Source: a virus
Lineage: Duplodnaviria > Caudoviricetes
IMG/VR virus record: IMGVR_UViG_3300017761_001785
Span: 1 to 31,352 of that record
Strand: one strand, 5' to 3'
DNA: 31,352 nt
Below, piece after piece: positions 7,808 to 17,406 of the stretch. Under the pieces are notes generated by a model. It did not search any database, was not told the origin of the DNA, and worked only from the letters and a program-made list of their open reading frames with translations. The translations under genes were made by a program, and so were the position numbers. The first letter of the stretch is position 1; each line of letters opens with the position of its first letter.

Positions 7808-10090
7808 TTACAGTCCCATCGCCATAGGGGGTCGCCCTGCTGGCTTTGCTGTTTTCTCCAGAATAGAACTGCGAGTCTTTAGATCGTTGAGGGCCATTTG
7901 CTGACGGATCGTCTCCATCTTCTGTTGATGGGTCTCTTGGTTCATCATGCGTTTCTCCTGCATTTCTGCCAACTTGAGTTGAGCCTTTTGCATTTCCATT
8001 TCCATTTTGGGATCGATCTGCGGCTGTCCACCTTGTTGCGGGGCACCCATCGCGGCTTCCTGCATTTGGCTTTGTTCGGCCATCGCCCTGTTGATCACCT
8101 GTTGCTCAAGCTCGTCAACATAAGCCGTAAGGTTCTGAAGCTGGCGGCGGAGTTCGCGGATCTCCTGCTGCCTAAAGCTGTTGTTGGAGAACATGACCAG
8201 ATGCTCAGTCACATGGTCTGAGGCGGGACGCAAGATTGCCATGGCCTGCTCGTCTGCCACTTGCTGCTGGCGATGGGCCTCAATGATTTCCGCAATCATT
8301 GGGATGTGGGCTTCGATATGCACCGCATGGTTCTGGCTATCGTGGACCAACTGCTGGATGCCCTGACGGAGGTTGCCGTTCTCAAGGTTGGCGATGTCGA
8401 AGTCAACGATCTTTCGGGGTTCGCCTTCGGGGACAAACATGTTGACCTTCTGGTAGCCGACTCCCGGTATGCCAGCAACCACTGCGCGAAGGACGTTCTC
8501 CTTGCCTTTCTCGTCCATCAAAGAATATAGCTCCATGAGTTGCTTGGAGGCCATCTCGGTCATTACCGGACTACCATCACCCATGGCCCTCATGGCGGTA
8601 ACCTTGAGGAATTTACGCATGCGCTCAATGCTTACCCCTCGACGCGCACAGCGGCGGCGGAACTCAAGGGCCAAGGCCCCGCCCTTATCTGCTGCCGTCA
8701 GGTTGGGGTTAACCGCCCTACGGTACTGTTCGGTGAGCAGCTTGTTGTAAGGGGTGTAGAAAAGTTCCAGTGCTGCGGCGTTTAGGGTGGATTCTTGACG
8801 GGCTTGCTGAACCACTTCCGTAGCAGACCTTGCTTGGTTGTCTGGGGTGGTTTGCCGTGAGCGGTAGCTTCCAGTGTTGTTCTGGAGGGTTTGGCTCATC
8901 AAATTGTAAACCGGAAGACCTTGGGTCGCGATAGACGGAGGCTGAAGTTGGATCGGGGTCAGGCCACTTTGGATGAAGGTGTAGGGTCCGACCTCAATGT
9001 ATTGGAAGTCTTGGATGGCTTCGGCGTCTCCCTGAAGCTGAATCAGGCCAGAGGTAACGGCAGCTTGGGCTGCTTGGCAAAGGATTCGATTACTGACCTG
9101 AATCGGGTTGTAGATCTTCTGCTTCAGGCCCCGAATCGTGTGGAAGGTTCCCTGTCCCACCCCGTAGGTAAAGATGACAAAGCACTGGTTGACGTTGTTG
9201 TACTTGCTATAACGCTCATAGAGAAAGTCTGAGCTATCCTTGGAGGCGATGAGTTGGGTGAACTTGCCGTCAAACTCGCGGTTGTAGCCGTAGATCAATT
9301 GAGCCCTGTGGTAGGCACTCTCTCCCTGATAGAGGTCGTTCTCCTTGATCTCGCGCTCAAAGTCTTCCCAGTGGTGGGTGTAGTTCTTCCATTGGTCGGA
9401 CTTGGTGGAAGCCTTCCAGATAGCCTGCTTTACGCTGTTGATGTTCCATCCTAGCTTCTTGGATATTTCGGGATTTCGGATGTAGTTGTAAAGCTCGCTA
9501 ACACTCATGTTGCGGGTGACCACAGCTACTTCAATGGCATTGTCGGATACCTTGGTATCACGGGCTACCTTAAAATCTTTGAGTCCGCAAGGCTCCCAGA
9601 ACACACTCCGCTCATCAGGCCACATGGCAATCCCAACCCCATCTCCCACAAATTCCCGAGAGAGAAGCTGCATGTTGTAGGGGAAGTCACTCCACTCCTT
9701 GAGCATCCAGTCAAACTCCTCAGAGATGACTTCGGAGTCCTCACTGTACTCCCCCTCGTAAGAATCCAAGATGACGTTGGCCACACGGGGAACGCCGTTC
9801 TGAAGTTCGATGTAGGGAGCAAGAGCGGCCTCCATAATGGCACTGGCTTCTCCAAAGTTGCTATTGACCACATGGGTCAGTCCCTTGTTTTTTAGTTCTT
9901 CGGAATCGTAGGGGGCCTCCCCGTTGACTAGAGCTTGCGCCTTAGACCGCAACCAAGAAGCTTCCTCGTCTTGCTCAATGTACTTGTCGCTTATGGCAAC
10001 CAAGTTGTCGGAAGATTTAATACGCTTTTTGGGCGCACCCCCTTTTTCTGGTAGGTTCTCTAGTTCTGCGTTGCCTTCGTTTGAGTACAT
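7808..10090 (-). CDS. Portal protein
   Basis: 760 aa; GDGVGI motif, RSATEV motif typical of P22/T7-type portals, long Q/M/E-rich helical C-terminus; upstream of scaffold and capsid. Confidence 0.85.
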   Translation of the reverse strand: MYSNEGNAELENLPEKGGAPKKRIKSSDNLVAISDKYIEQDEEASWLRSKAQALVNGEAPYDSEELKNKGLTHVVNSNFGEASAIMEAALAPYIELQNGVPRVANVILDSYEGEYSEDSEVISEEFDWMLKEWSDFPYNMQLLSREFVGDGVGIAMWPDERSVFWEPCGLKDFKVARDTKVSDNAIEVAVVTRNMSVSELYNYIRNPEISKKLGWNINSVKQAIWKASTKSDQWKNYTHHWEDFEREIKENDLYQGESAYHRAQLIYGYNREFDGKFTQLIASKDSSDFLYERYSKYNNVNQCFVIFTYGVGQGTFHTIRGLKQKIYNPIQVSNRILCQAAQAAVTSGLIQLQGDAEAIQDFQYIEVGPYTFIQSGLTPIQLQPPSIATQGLPVYNLMSQTLQNNTGSYRSRQTTPDNQARSATEVVQQARQESTLNAAALELFYTPYNKLLTEQYRRAVNPNLTAADKGGALALEFRRRCARRGVSIERMRKFLKVTAMRAMGDGSPVMTEMASKQLMELYSLMDEKGKENVLRAVVAGIPGVGYQKVNMFVPEGEPRKIVDFDIANLENGNLRQGIQQLVHDSQNHAVHIEAHIPMIAEIIEAHRQQQVADEQAMAILRPASDHVTEHLVMFSNNSFRQQEIRELRRQLQNLTAYVDELEQQVINRAMAEQSQMQEAAMGAPQQGGQPQIDPKMEMEMQKAQLKLAEMQEKRMMNQETHQQKMETIRQQMALNDLKTRSSILEKTAKPAGRPPMAMGL

Positions 10091-10178
10091 ATTTCGGGAT
10101 TATTGTGGCAGGGTTACGATTACGTCGATTCTTTTAACCGGATTCTCGTAAACATCTATGATTTCTGTAGCAGCCATA

Positions 10179-10550
10179 TTATCGAACAATCTCTTGATAA
10201 ATCTTTGCATTGCCTTTAGCAAATCCAATCACATCTGACCCTACATAAAGTTCAATCTCATAGACCCCGTCTCCAGCAGTAAGGTTGGATGTTTGTGTCG
10301 GGGTTGCATCGATATCAATGGTTCCGGCAACTCCCCCCAGCGTGATCCCTCCGTTTTCTGTGGTAAGGTTAAGTAGGTAGGCCGAATCTTCGGCGCACTC
10401 CCTGACAACCATTCTTGCGGTATATCCGGTAAGGTTTACGGCAACTGGCTTGCGTCCAGCACTGCACAAGCTCAAATAACGAAACTTGGCCTCCCAAGTT
10501 TTGCCTTGGACAATTTCAATGTCCCTCTGCAATTTCCAGATGTTGGTCAT
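10179..10550 (-). CDS. Ig-like fibre/baseplate adaptor domain protein (BppU-N-like), copy 2
   Basis: VNLTGYTARMVVR..LTTENGGITLG..GTI..GVYEIEL; paralog of 12498-12899. Confidence 0.7.
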   Translation of the reverse strand: MTNIWKLQRDIEIVQGKTWEAKFRYLSLCSAGRKPVAVNLTGYTARMVVRECAEDSAYLLNLTTENGGITLGGVAGTIDIDATPTQTSNLTAGDGVYEIELYVGSDVIGFAKGNAKIYQEIVR

Positions 10551-12184
10551 TTAAACAGGGGAATGCGGAAATTGTTGGTCACTCCGTTTGTTACTACATT
10601 AACCTCCATCCAGTGGATAGCCGTATTGAAGTTAACTGTGTTTACGTTTGCAGAATTTGTCGGGGCTGAGTTAGTATTAAAGATGGCTGCTTGAAAATTG
10701 ATATTGTTTGTATTAGTCAATGCAGCAAGTGGGATGCCAAGGTTTGTTCTGCTTGCCGCTGCATTGGTCGCTGCATTGGTTCCAGAGAAGTAAATGGGCT
10801 CAATAAACGATTGGTTGTTATTGAACTGCCACACATTGTTGTAGTAGACAAACTCCACCGCCTCTTCAAATTGATTCAGTGTGACAAGATTAGTTGCCGC
10901 TCCAGCCGTCCTTACCGCCGTAACGCTGGATGTCGGACCTTGGTGGACAACTAGTGCGATATCTCCATTGAATGAGTTGTTGGTGGGGAGGCCGATAGTG
11001 TTAGTAACTCCCGTGGTGGAGATGGCCAAGCTATGGATGTGGAGGTTTCGGGCTGCGGTGATGTTGGTCGTTTGATTGGTTGTAGGTTGGGACTCAACGA
11101 ACCTCGTCACAATCGGAGCCACTTGCCAGAAGTTGGTCGGGCTTACCACCTCTCCGTTGGTGTTGTATAGAACAGGGTTTGTTCCGCTACCATAGAGGGA
11201 TGTGTTGAATCCCGCTGGGTTGGTGTTGGTCAACGCAGACCAGCCGAGGCTGAGATTGGTGCGGGTGGTGGCAGCATTGGTGGTGTTGTTAAAAGTCAGA
11301 GGTTCGTAAAAAGTAATTCTGTCTGAATTAAAAAGAGCAACCTCAACGGTTGTTCCACTCATTGTCCCAATATTGATACCAAAGGTTGTTGTGCCTTCGG
11401 CGTCTGATCCATAAAGACCAATGAGTCCATTGCTGGAAGGATACATGCTTTGCCACTGGATGCCGTTAAGAGTGGTCGAAGAAAAGCCAGTACTCTGCTT
11501 GGCGGAAACGGTATCAAAAGAAACCTTGTTGGTCGTGCCTAGGCCGATAGCTGTGCGGAAATCCGTGGTGTTGGTATTGGTCAATGCAGACAAGCCGAGA
11601 CCGAGGTTTGTGCGGGTGATAGCGGCGTTGGTAGTGGTGTTGAATGAAATAGCCTTAGAAAACTCCATTGTATCTACGTTGAATCTGACAAAGGTCCCCC
11701 ACAGAACATCTCCATCCTCCTCTAATTTGAGATCGGGACCAATTTCAACATTCTCAAAATTTACAAAGCTGGCATCAAGGTTGCCAAATGCCACACTATT
11801 TGTGGTGCCGAGTCCAAGATTGGTTCTGGCTCCCCCAGCCGTAGTGGCCCCGCTTCCACCATTACTGATGGCGATTGTTCCGGTGACATTAGAGGCCAAA
11901 CCAACAGTTCCTGTAATATTGGCTGCTGTGAGGTTTGTTAGTGTGCTACCATTGCTGGACGCAAGATTAGTCAACACAGAAGACGAAGGCTGAAATGCTG
12001 TTGCGGGATTTGTCGCTGCGGTACCTAGACCAAGACCAGAACGGGCATTGGTAACATCCGCGCTCCAGAAGTTTGTCGGACTCTGCACCACCCCACTTGT
12101 ATTGACAATGACGCTGCGGGTTTGAGCCAGCCCCGAAACAGCAAGGGCAAGAAAGACAATGGTTGTTAGAATAGATTTCATCAT
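10547..12184 (-). CDS. Tail-fibre-like protein with Sec signal peptide (start revised to 12184 or 12181)
   Basis: (M)MKSILTTIVFLALAVSGLA-QT; repeated ARTNLGLG-type motifs; GGSGATTAGGARTNLG fibre motif; ATG at 12184 overlaps the upstream TAA (TAATG). Confidence 0.75.
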   Translation of the reverse strand: MMKSILTTIVFLALAVSGLAQTRSVIVNTSGVVQSPTNFWSADVTNARSGLGLGTAATNPATAFQPSSSVLTNLASSNGSTLTNLTAANITGTVGLASNVTGTIAISNGGSGATTAGGARTNLGLGTTNSVAFGNLDASFVNFENVEIGPDLKLEEDGDVLWGTFVRFNVDTMEFSKAISFNTTTNAAITRTNLGLGLSALTNTNTTDFRTAIGLGTTNKVSFDTVSAKQSTGFSSTTLNGIQWQSMYPSSNGLIGLYGSDAEGTTTFGINIGTMSGTTVEVALFNSDRITFYEPLTFNNTTNAATTRTNLSLGWSALTNTNPAGFNTSLYGSGTNPVLYNTNGEVVSPTNFWQVAPIVTRFVESQPTTNQTTNITAARNLHIHSLAISTTGVTNTIGLPTNNSFNGDIALVVHQGPTSSVTAVRTAGAATNLVTLNQFEEAVEFVYYNNVWQFNNNQSFIEPIYFSGTNAATNAAASRTNLGIPLAALTNTNNINFQAAIFNTNSAPTNSANVNTVNFNTAIHWMEVNVVTNGVTNNFRIPLFK

Positions 12185-12501
12185 TACATTCGTTGTTTCC
12201 AAACCTTAGCATTAGTAGATATGTTGAAATCGTTTGGACGGATTACAAACGGCAGGTTTTCTGCGTCTGTTCCACTTACCAGTTGATAAGTTGCTGGAGT
12301 GGCGAGGGTTGGCAGGAATACGCATATCCCGACTGGATAAACATCAGTAACTGTATCCAAGGCTGCCAGCGAGTTAGAGGCCCCAGTTGTAGAAGTGATG
12401 GTTGTATCCACCCTGAATACATTGGAATTCGGGGTTGTTGCTGGAGTTGTGCCTACTCCGATAACTGTGGAAGCTGGGGTTGGAATGCAAATTCTGCTCA
12501 T
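12184..12501 (-). CDS. Small fibre/tailspike connector-like protein
   Basis: 105 aa, T-rich; ends VIRPNDF..KVWKQ, reminiscent of tailspike N-proximal domains; translationally coupled on both sides. Confidence 0.55.
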   Translation of the reverse strand: MSRICIPTPASTVIGVGTTPATTPNSNVFRVDTTITSTTGASNSLAALDTVTDVYPVGICVFLPTLATPATYQLVSGTDAENLPFVIRPNDFNISTNAKVWKQRM

Positions 12502-12899
12502 TTTGTAACCTCTGGTACGATAATAACATTGCCCTGAAGTATGCGGCTAACCGTATACCCAGATGTCATTTCAAGATCATAAACCGCTTTTACCTCTTCG
12601 CAAACACTTAATTCTGCCGAGTTGGCCGCGCTGATGAAAAGATTGATGGCACCTGTGGTCATGTTTCCACTCGTTCCAAGCGAGATACGAGAGTTGTCTG
12701 TGGACAATTCTATAATGACGGCCTTAGACTTGGCAGAAGAACGGACTTGAAGTTTTGCGCTGTAACCCGTAAGGTTAACAGGAGCAGGAGGATTACCAAC
12801 TTCCCAGATTAGTGTCTGGCTAAAGGTGGCTCCTTGGAATAGGCAGATATCGGCCTCTGCAATGGGGATAACGGGAGATGACGCCATTTTGCCCGACAT
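12498..12899 (-). CDS. Ig-like fibre/baseplate adaptor domain protein (BppU-N-like), copy 1
   Basis: FQGATF..PVNLTGYSAKLQVR..ELST..GAINL..AVYDLEM..RILQG. Confidence 0.7.
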   Translation of the reverse strand: MSGKMASSPVIPIAEADICLFQGATFSQTLIWEVGNPPAPVNLTGYSAKLQVRSSAKSKAVIIELSTDNSRISLGTSGNMTTGAINLFISAANSAELSVCEEVKAVYDLEMTSGYTVSRILQGNVIIVPEVTK

Positions 12900-12902
12900 T
12901 CT

Positions 12903-14744
12903 CTACCAATTACCTCTTAAGGTCAAGCGTTGTTTAAGTTCTTTGAAGCTCTCTTTGTTTTTACGTTTCTTTTCTTCTATTGCCTCCGATCCCGCCATGG
13001 CACCGAAAACTTTGCGAGCCACAAAGAGTCCAACAGAGAAAGAGTCAAACAAGTCAGGGGACTTGCCTATACGCTTCTTCATGTCTGTCTTGCTCTCGAT
13101 TATAATCTTCCGAGTCCTTCTCACATACTTTCGCTGAGTCATTTCCCATGCCAAATCCGGTGTTACTCCTTTGAGTTGCTCGCATTCTAAGAAGTAGCGG
13201 GAGACAAAGCACAACTCGCTAGACATGTTGTGGAACAATTCCTTGCCAACCTGCGGCTTTCCGGTGGCCTCGTTTCTTAATGCGTACTGGGCACTGACCG
13301 GAAGGTCTGAGGCTGCTCCTGCAAAACTCACTGCATGCCAACCCCTTAGAAGCTCCCTCTCTCCGATTGACCAGAAGATACCGCCTGCCGAAGCGTCCAC
13401 CCCCATCCATTGGTTGGGTATTCCCAGTTTGATGGATAGATCGTGGATTTGCTGGATCATCTCATACTGGAAGTCCTCTTGAGACCCCGCCCTCCGGTTG
13501 AGGACATACTGCTTCTCTAGGGCTATGGCCCACTTGCCCGAGATTAGCTTGCCCCATTTCATGTGGGTGAAGACAAAGCGGTCTCCTCCTTCTGTATAGC
13601 TAGGATCGATTCCGGCAATATCTTTCGGGGTTCCATCCCAGATTGGTTTATCCAAAGCCCCGTGACGGGCTAAGAGGATGTCCGAAACAACTGTACAATC
13701 ATCGGCGTCTGCTGGTGGCCAAAAGCCCCGAAACTTACGCCAGTACTGGGGATTGAGTTCCCCGAGTTCCTTTCTGGCTACAGCAACGTCATTGGGTTTG
13801 GGAAGGAATGGATAGCGAAGACCCTTACCCTTATCAAACGACTGTTGGTTGGGGTTGTCTTTTTCGGAGTCAAAGCGCAAGGCTAGTCCCTCAATACCTG
13901 CTACTTTGATTTTCCAGTTCGGGGTTTCCTCGTCCACGCTCATCCACCCCTTGATGGGTTCGCAGAATTTCCCGTGGGGATCAAAGATGGAGGATGGGTT
14001 GCCAGCACCAACAACGTGAAGCTCTTGCGCTCCCTTAAATCCCCAAAGAGCCTCGTTGATTACGGAAGACGAGCAGTCTTGTAACTCATCTATAATCAAC
14101 ACAATACGACGATTCTTCTTACCCTGAAGGCGTTTCTGAGCATCATCCTTGTACTCATCGCCAGCCGCAAGCAGCATGATTGAGGAAGCGTCACTAACGC
14201 CAATATTGGGATCGATGGCCTTACCCTCCTCATCTGAAAGCTTGATGATATCCATGGATTCAATGAGCCTTCCAGCCGCCACTCCAACAGCATGAGCCTC
14301 TCGGTACATCTTTACCAGTGCCGCCCAAATTCGTTGCTTTGCGTCGATCTTGCTGGTCGAAACCACAATAACCATCGTGTTGAGCGGGTCGACAAACCAG
14401 TTCACCAGTGCTAATGCGGCCATATCGTAAGACTTACCAGAGTCTGTGCCGCCAGCTAGACCAGTAACGCTTCGGACAAATTTGTTGCCTGTCTGAGTGT
14501 CCTCTTCGATGTTTACCTTGCAGAACGCCTGTGCCCGTAACTCAGCCCACTTGTGCCATGCATAAGTTGGCCAAATAGTAGACACTATATTCCGGTAGTG
14601 GGTCGCCTTGCCAAGCCCACCTTCTTCTTGGGTTAGTCCCAAAAGAAAGGCGTCCATTTCGATACGGAGAGGTGTAACAACAGCCCCGTTGCGAGGGGTC
14701 CATAGCCTTCCATATTTTTCTATCGCGCCGTCAGGTATTGCCAT
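12903..14744 (-). CDS. terL: Terminase large subunit
   Basis: Walker A GGTDSGKS, Walker B LIIDE, coupling motif GAGNP, nuclease motifs GIDPS..GGD and SPDLFDS. Confidence 0.93.
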   Translation of the reverse strand: MAIPDGAIEKYGRLWTPRNGAVVTPLRIEMDAFLLGLTQEEGGLGKATHYRNIVSTIWPTYAWHKWAELRAQAFCKVNIEEDTQTGNKFVRSVTGLAGGTDSGKSYDMAALALVNWFVDPLNTMVIVVSTSKIDAKQRIWAALVKMYREAHAVGVAAGRLIESMDIIKLSDEEGKAIDPNIGVSDASSIMLLAAGDEYKDDAQKRLQGKKNRRIVLIIDELQDCSSSVINEALWGFKGAQELHVVGAGNPSSIFDPHGKFCEPIKGWMSVDEETPNWKIKVAGIEGLALRFDSEKDNPNQQSFDKGKGLRYPFLPKPNDVAVARKELGELNPQYWRKFRGFWPPADADDCTVVSDILLARHGALDKPIWDGTPKDIAGIDPSYTEGGDRFVFTHMKWGKLISGKWAIALEKQYVLNRRAGSQEDFQYEMIQQIHDLSIKLGIPNQWMGVDASAGGIFWSIGERELLRGWHAVSFAGAASDLPVSAQYALRNEATGKPQVGKELFHNMSSELCFVSRYFLECEQLKGVTPDLAWEMTQRKYVRRTRKIIIESKTDMKKRIGKSPDLFDSFSVGLFVARKVFGAMAGSEAIEEKKRKNKESFKELKQRLTLRGNW

Positions 14745-14766
14745 TTACGATATTTCACTCTACATT
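14738..14766 (+). promoter_or_regulatory. Sigma70-type promoter for the tandem-HTH gene, probably giving a leaderless mRNA
   Basis: TTGCCA-N17-TACATT, 7 nt before the ATG at 14774; the -35 overlaps the terL start codon. Confidence 0.5.
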
Positions 14767-14773
14767 ATAACCC

Positions 14774-15529
14774 ATGGCAGCGCAACGAGATTGGTCAACT
14801 CCAGAAAATAGAATTAAAAAACAAAACGCCTTTAGGCTCTATGCCGCTGGACGAAAGATGGCGGATGTGATGGCAGCATTGGGTGTAACCTCTCCTCCTG
14901 TGGTTAAGAGATTTATCCACAGCGAGAAGTGGGACAAGCACAAGGAACTTTGGAACGCCGCCCCAAATGAAGAGCTTCACTATCCTTGGGAGGTTGAACA
15001 TGTCACCACCCTATCACTTCCCCCTGAGAAAATGGAAACGATGGAGAAAAATAAACGTCTTCAGTGCATCAAGGCATTTGCCATGTACTGCTCTGGGAGA
15101 TCAGTTAGCGATGTTGCTTTGGAGGTCGGGGTTAGCCACTCAACTATTGACCTTTGGAAGGATGCCCAGCGTTGGGACGCCTGTCGGGCAAGGTTGGTCA
15201 ACGAGTCGGCCCCAGCCCCTTGGGAAGATAGCGGGGTTCCCACACTAATCTCGGATATCACGGCATCGCTTGAGGCCATGAAGAAGTCGATCAAGTTCCT
15301 TACTGGCAAGGTGCTAATCAAGGCCGCAGACGCAGCCCAAGATCTTGACGGCATGGAGGCTCTCGGCATGATGAGGAACATCAAGCAATTGGCTGAAGCT
15401 GCCTCAATTAACTTCTCAGATGGAAGCAACCAACAAAACGCCATTCAGATCAACATTGCCTCCAAGTTGGAATCCATTAAAATTCCGAACAACACAACCT
15501 TTGAAGCGGAACTAGTAGTCAATGAGTGA
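14774..15529 (+). CDS. Tandem-HTH protein, probable terminase small subunit
   Basis: Two repeats of AF.(L/M)Y..G..(M/V).DV...(L/V)GV....W resembling the P2 gpP/Terminase_5-type HTH, followed by a helical region; adjacent to terL. Confidence 0.6.
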   Translation: MAAQRDWSTPENRIKKQNAFRLYAAGRKMADVMAALGVTSPPVVKRFIHSEKWDKHKELWNAAPNEELHYPWEVEHVTTLSLPPEKMETMEKNKRLQCIKAFAMYCSGRSVSDVALEVGVSHSTIDLWKDAQRWDACRARLVNESAPAPWEDSGVPTLISDITASLEAMKKSIKFLTGKVLIKAADAAQDLDGMEALGMMRNIKQLAEAASINFSDGSNQQNAIQINIASKLESIKIPNNTTFEAELVVNE

Positions 15530-16112
15530 GGAACCTAAATTTTGTTACTCACGAAAAACAGACGGCCCTTGGGGTGGATGGTGGGTGACTTGGGAGAACC
15601 AACGGGTTGATGGCGGTGATTGGTCTGATATGGTTGATAACTGCAACAAATTGACAGTTAGCCTCGGGAAAGTTCCTCCACCTGATCTTTCACGGCAAAT
15701 CGAACACGCCCTTTGTTCAAGGATGGCGGGTAACCCCAATTGTGTCCCTTGCTCCAAAGCAAAACAAACCCTTGGATTCGGGGCTATTGTTCGTTGGGTC
15801 AGGGCAATGTATCAGTTTGCCAAGGACAACAAGTTTGAACTAGTGCCCCAAGAGGAAGCGGAGCGCAGGGCGGAGATCTGCGCGAAATGCCCTATGCAAA
15901 TTCCCACCTCCGGTTGCTGGGGATGCAAGGGTATTGCGGGGCTTCTCCCCCAAATTGCTGGCGCGAAAACTACCAGCTTTGATCTTCAACTGAGCGCCTG
16001 TGGAGTTTGCGGGTGCTACAATGCCGTGAGCGTTCATCTTCCCCTGAGTGTGCAGCAAGACGCTAGTCTTGATTTCCCCAGCCATTGTTGGAAGCAATCT
16101 CAAATCGGGTAA
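15522..16112 (+). CDS. Cys-rich putative metal-binding protein (DUF6171-like motif)
   Basis: RRAEICAKCP..CWGC..CGVCGC..PSHCW; overlaps the end of the upstream gene. Confidence 0.6.
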   Translation: MSEEPKFCYSRKTDGPWGGWWVTWENQRVDGGDWSDMVDNCNKLTVSLGKVPPPDLSRQIEHALCSRMAGNPNCVPCSKAKQTLGFGAIVRWVRAMYQFAKDNKFELVPQEEAERRAEICAKCPMQIPTSGCWGCKGIAGLLPQIAGAKTTSFDLQLSACGVCGCYNAVSVHLPLSVQQDASLDFPSHCWKQSQIG

Positions 16113-17406
16113 CGGCCTTGTTAAAACTCATTGGGGCAATACCCGTGGGACCCTCGCGGTGCTTGGCCACGATAAATTCCACGGTTGGGATTTGGGTATG
16201 GCTCTTGGCGTCCTCTTCATCGCAGTGAAGAATCATCACCATGTCGGCGTCCTGCTCAATAGCTCCAGATCCCTTGAGGTCTGAAAGGCTTGGCCTTCCC
16301 CCTCTTTTTTCGGGGTCGCGGTTGAGTTGAGCGAGAACCAAAACTGGCACCTTCAGAGTCTTGGCTAGTTCCTTGATACCACCACTGATCTCCTCGACCT
16401 CATTGACTCGGTTATCTTTGGCCCTTTTACTGTCTCCCTTGAGAAGCTGGAGGTAGTCAATGATGATCAAGTCAATCGGCTCTTTCTGGTGGGCTCTACG
16501 GGCAATGGACTTGATGTATCCCATAGACTTACCAGAGGTGTCATCGCACAAGATGTTGGAATCCCGAACCTCCTCGTAAGCCTTGCCTAGTGATTGTTTC
16601 TGGTACGGAGTAATAGACTGAGCAAGGATATCGGCAGCGCGGACTCTTGCTCGACTACGAATCATTCTCTCCATTAGGGCAACGCTGGTCATCTCAAGCG
16701 AGAACATCAGCACCCTTTTCTTTAAGTCCAAGGCCACATGTTCGGCAATCTGCATGGCCGCACTGGTCTTGCCAACTGCTGGTCTTGCGGCGAGAACCAC
16801 CATGTCTCCACCGCGCATACCAAACATGAGAAGATCATCCACCGGAACCAGACCTGTGCGGATGCCGATCTTGGGCTCCCCCCTCATGGTGGACTCAATG
16901 TTGTCTAAGGCCCTCTCCACAACTCCCTTGATCGATAGCTGGTCCGTATTGTCTATCATATAATCCGCCTTCATTACACTGGTCTCTGACCAGTTCTTGA
17001 GTTCCTCAAGCTTTAGATCCCGATCCCGCGCCTTGCATATCATGTCGGAGGCTAGGTATTCCAAACTCCTACGGTAGCGAGCCTCTTCCAACTTGGGATA
17101 GTAACGCTTCCAGTTGTGGGCGTTGGGACAGAAGGAGGCAATCTCCGTCAACACATCATCCCCGCCAACTTCTTCTAGCTGCTTGTTGCCCTCAAGCTCG
17201 TTCTTGATATTGATGTAGTCCGCATGGATGCCGCGACCAATGGTCCTTAAAACAGAGTTGAAGATGATCTTGTGTTCATGGACAAAGAAGTGGTCTTCCC
17301 TGATCGTTGAAATGATTTCCTTTTGGTCTTCTACTGCCCCGTGGAAGAGACAGGATAGGATGGCGGTTTCTGCTGACTGTTCGTAGATTACTTGTTCTGC
17401 TTGCAT
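16063..17406 (-). CDS. dnaB: Replicative DNA helicase DnaB
   Basis: AETAIL N-domain, LAARPAVGKT, FSLEM, IDYLQL, AQLNR, RPSLSDLKGSGAIEQDAD, KHREGPTG. Confidence 0.97.
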   Translation of the reverse strand: MQAEQVIYEQSAETAILSCLFHGAVEDQKEIISTIREDHFFVHEHKIIFNSVLRTIGRGIHADYINIKNELEGNKQLEEVGGDDVLTEIASFCPNAHNWKRYYPKLEEARYRRSLEYLASDMICKARDRDLKLEELKNWSETSVMKADYMIDNTDQLSIKGVVERALDNIESTMRGEPKIGIRTGLVPVDDLLMFGMRGGDMVVLAARPAVGKTSAAMQIAEHVALDLKKRVLMFSLEMTSVALMERMIRSRARVRAADILAQSITPYQKQSLGKAYEEVRDSNILCDDTSGKSMGYIKSIARRAHQKEPIDLIIIDYLQLLKGDSKRAKDNRVNEVEEISGGIKELAKTLKVPVLVLAQLNRDPEKRGGRPSLSDLKGSGAIEQDADMVMILHCDEEDAKSHTQIPTVEFIVAKHREGPTGIAPMSFNKAVTRFEIASNNGWGNQD

